Positions 62,503 to 64,000 of a DNA stretch of 64,000 bases are shown here, piece by piece. Where the stretch lies: contig CAVVAK010000006.1 of assembly GCA_963746335.1 (NCBI GenBank), forward strand, positions 156,066 to 220,065, given 5' to 3'. The position numbers were made by a program, and so were the translations under genes. Source of the DNA: an uncultured Actinomycetota bacterium. GTDB taxonomy: Bacteria > Actinomycetota > UBA4738 > HRBIN12. Every line of letters begins with the position of its first letter. The stretch's first letter is position 1. The notes below the pieces were generated by a model. The model was not told the origin of the DNA, ran no database searches, and worked only from the letters and a program-made list of their open reading frames with translations.

Positions 62503-63091
62503 CGTAGGCCTCCGTGAGCGCTTCGGCGCGGGCCGCTTGCGCGTGCGCCTCCGCGGCGGCGACGGCCTCGAGCATCGGCTTGGGCGCCACCTGGTGGTCC
62601 TCGCGATCACGCATCAGCGCGACCTCGTGCGGCTTGCGCAGACCCTTGAGCCCCGCCATCGCCGCCTTGACGATGTTGATCTGGTTCGAGGAGCCCATGG
62701 ATTTCGAGAGGATGTCCTTGATGCCGGCCGCCTCGACCAGCGCTCGCACCGGCCCGCCCGCGATCACGCCGGTCCCCGGCGCGGCGGGCTTCAGCAGCAC
62801 GCGACCCGCGCCCGCCTGGCCCACGATCTCGTGCGGGATCGTGGTCCCCATCATCGGGACCTCGAACATCTTGCGCCGGGCGAGCTCCACGCCCTTGGCG
62901 ATGGCGGCCGGCACCTCCTTGGCCTTGCCGTACCCGACGCCGACGCGGCCCGCGCCGTCTCCCACGACGATCAGCGCGGCGAAGGAGAAGCGGCGGCCGC
63001 CCTTGACGACCTTCGCCACCCGGTTGATGAAGATGACCCGCTCTTCGTAGGGGTTCTTCTCTTGGTCCCTCGAGTCATAGCGTCGCGACAT
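62489..63091 (-). CDS. rpsE: 30S ribosomal protein S5
   Basis: [38 protein letters not shown]. Confidence 0.97.
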
Positions 63092-63444
63092 CAGATCTGC
63101 AGTCCTCCCTCTCTGGCACCTTCGGCGACCGCGGCGACGCGGCCGTGGAACTGACGGCCGCCTCGGTCGAACACGACCCGCTCGATCCCGGCTCCCTTCG
63201 CCCGGTCGGCGATCAGCTTGCCGACCTCCTTGGCGCGCAGGGTCTTGCCCTTCGACACCTCGATCTCCGCGTCGGACGCGGCGGCGAGCGTCGCGGCCGC
63301 ACGGTCGTCGATCAGCTGGACGTAGATGTGGCGGTTGGAGCGGTACACGGCGAGGCGCGGCCGCTCCGCGGTCCCGGTGACCTTCTTCCGGACCCGCAGA
63401 TGGCGGCGCACACGCGCGGTTCGTCTCGTCTTGGCGTCCATCAC
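63091..63444 (-). CDS. rplR: 50S ribosomal protein L18
   Basis: [27 protein letters not shown]. Confidence 0.97.
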   Translation of the reverse strand: MMDAKTRRTARVRRHLRVRKKVTGTAERPRLAVYRSNRHIYVQLIDDRAAATLAAASDAEIEVSKGKTLRAKEVGKLIADRAKGAGIERVVFDRGGRQFHGRVAAVAEGAREGGLQI

Positions 63445-63992
63445 GCGGTCGCCCCCTTCGCAGCCTTGCCTGCCTTCTTGCGGACGTACTCGTTCTCGTA
63501 GCGGATCCCCTTGCCCTTGTAGGGCTCGGGCTTCCGGATCTTCCGGATGTTGGCGGCGACCTCACCGACCTGCTGCTTATCGTTGCCTCGCACCACGACC
63601 TGAGTGGGCACCGGCACCTCGAACTCGATCCCCTCGGGCTGCGGCACCAGCACGGGGTGCGAGTAGCCGACCTGCAGCTCGATGTCGTTTCCCTTGGCGA
63701 TGGCGCGATAGCCCACGCCGACGATCTGCAGGCGCTTCTCGAATCCCTTGGTCACCCCTTCGACCATGTTGGCGAGGAGCGATCTCGTGAGCCCGTGCAG
63801 GCTGCGGCTGAACCCGACGTCGTCGGGTCGCTCGACTCGCGCGACACCCTCCTCCGTGAGGATGCGCATCGTGGGATGCATCGCCTGCGTGAGCTCGCCG
63901 CGCGGACCGCGCACGGTGACCAGGTTGGTCTCGTCGACCTTCACCTCGACCCCATCCGGGATCTCCACGGGCTGCTTTCCGATCCTGCTCAT
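63441..63992 (-). CDS. rplF: 50S ribosomal protein L6
   Basis: [25 protein letters not shown]. Confidence 0.98.
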   Translation of the reverse strand: MSRIGKQPVEIPDGVEVKVDETNLVTVRGPRGELTQAMHPTMRILTEEGVARVERPDDVGFSRSLHGLTRSLLANMVEGVTKGFEKRLQIVGVGYRAIAKGNDIELQVGYSHPVLVPQPEGIEFEVPVPTQVVVRGNDKQQVGEVAANIRKIRKPEPYKGKGIRYENEYVRKKAGKAAKGATA

Positions 63993-64000
63993 CGATCCCT

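Overview
High-GC Actinomycetota chromosome segment made almost entirely of core genes: a TCA/propionate cluster (partial mcm, sdhCDAB, two IDH-family paralogs, mdh, citrate synthase), C1/purine genes (metF, folD, purH, purN, guaB3, guaA), sucCD, pcrA, groES-groEL with a CIRCE operator, the tsaD-rimI-tsaB-tsaE-udg-alr-nnr-acpS-glmS-glmM block and the distal spc/alpha ribosomal operons (rplF to rpsI). No rRNA, tRNA, CRISPR array or mobile element was recognised. The most interesting signals fall below the ORF-track cut-off. One is a 16-aa peptide MNDPCCPPDCCPPGCC with a near-ideal Shine-Dalgarno, its own terminator and tandem palindromic operators, divergent from arsR and next to arsC: a candidate gene-encoded arsenic/metal-chelating micropeptide system. 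The other is a leaderless 55-aa protein ending CCGHHGEPGC inside the TCA cluster. Also notable: two IDH paralogs with complementary motif losses, an L13 with a long histone-H1-like tail, no rpsD in the alpha operon, an ECF42-type sigma with no canonical start codon, a TIMP-like surface protein, and pervasive leaderless promoters. Several single-base frameshifts at short G/C runs (udg, nnr) suggest long-read consensus errors, so fusions and frameshifts here need care. All product calls come from motif recognition, not database searches.
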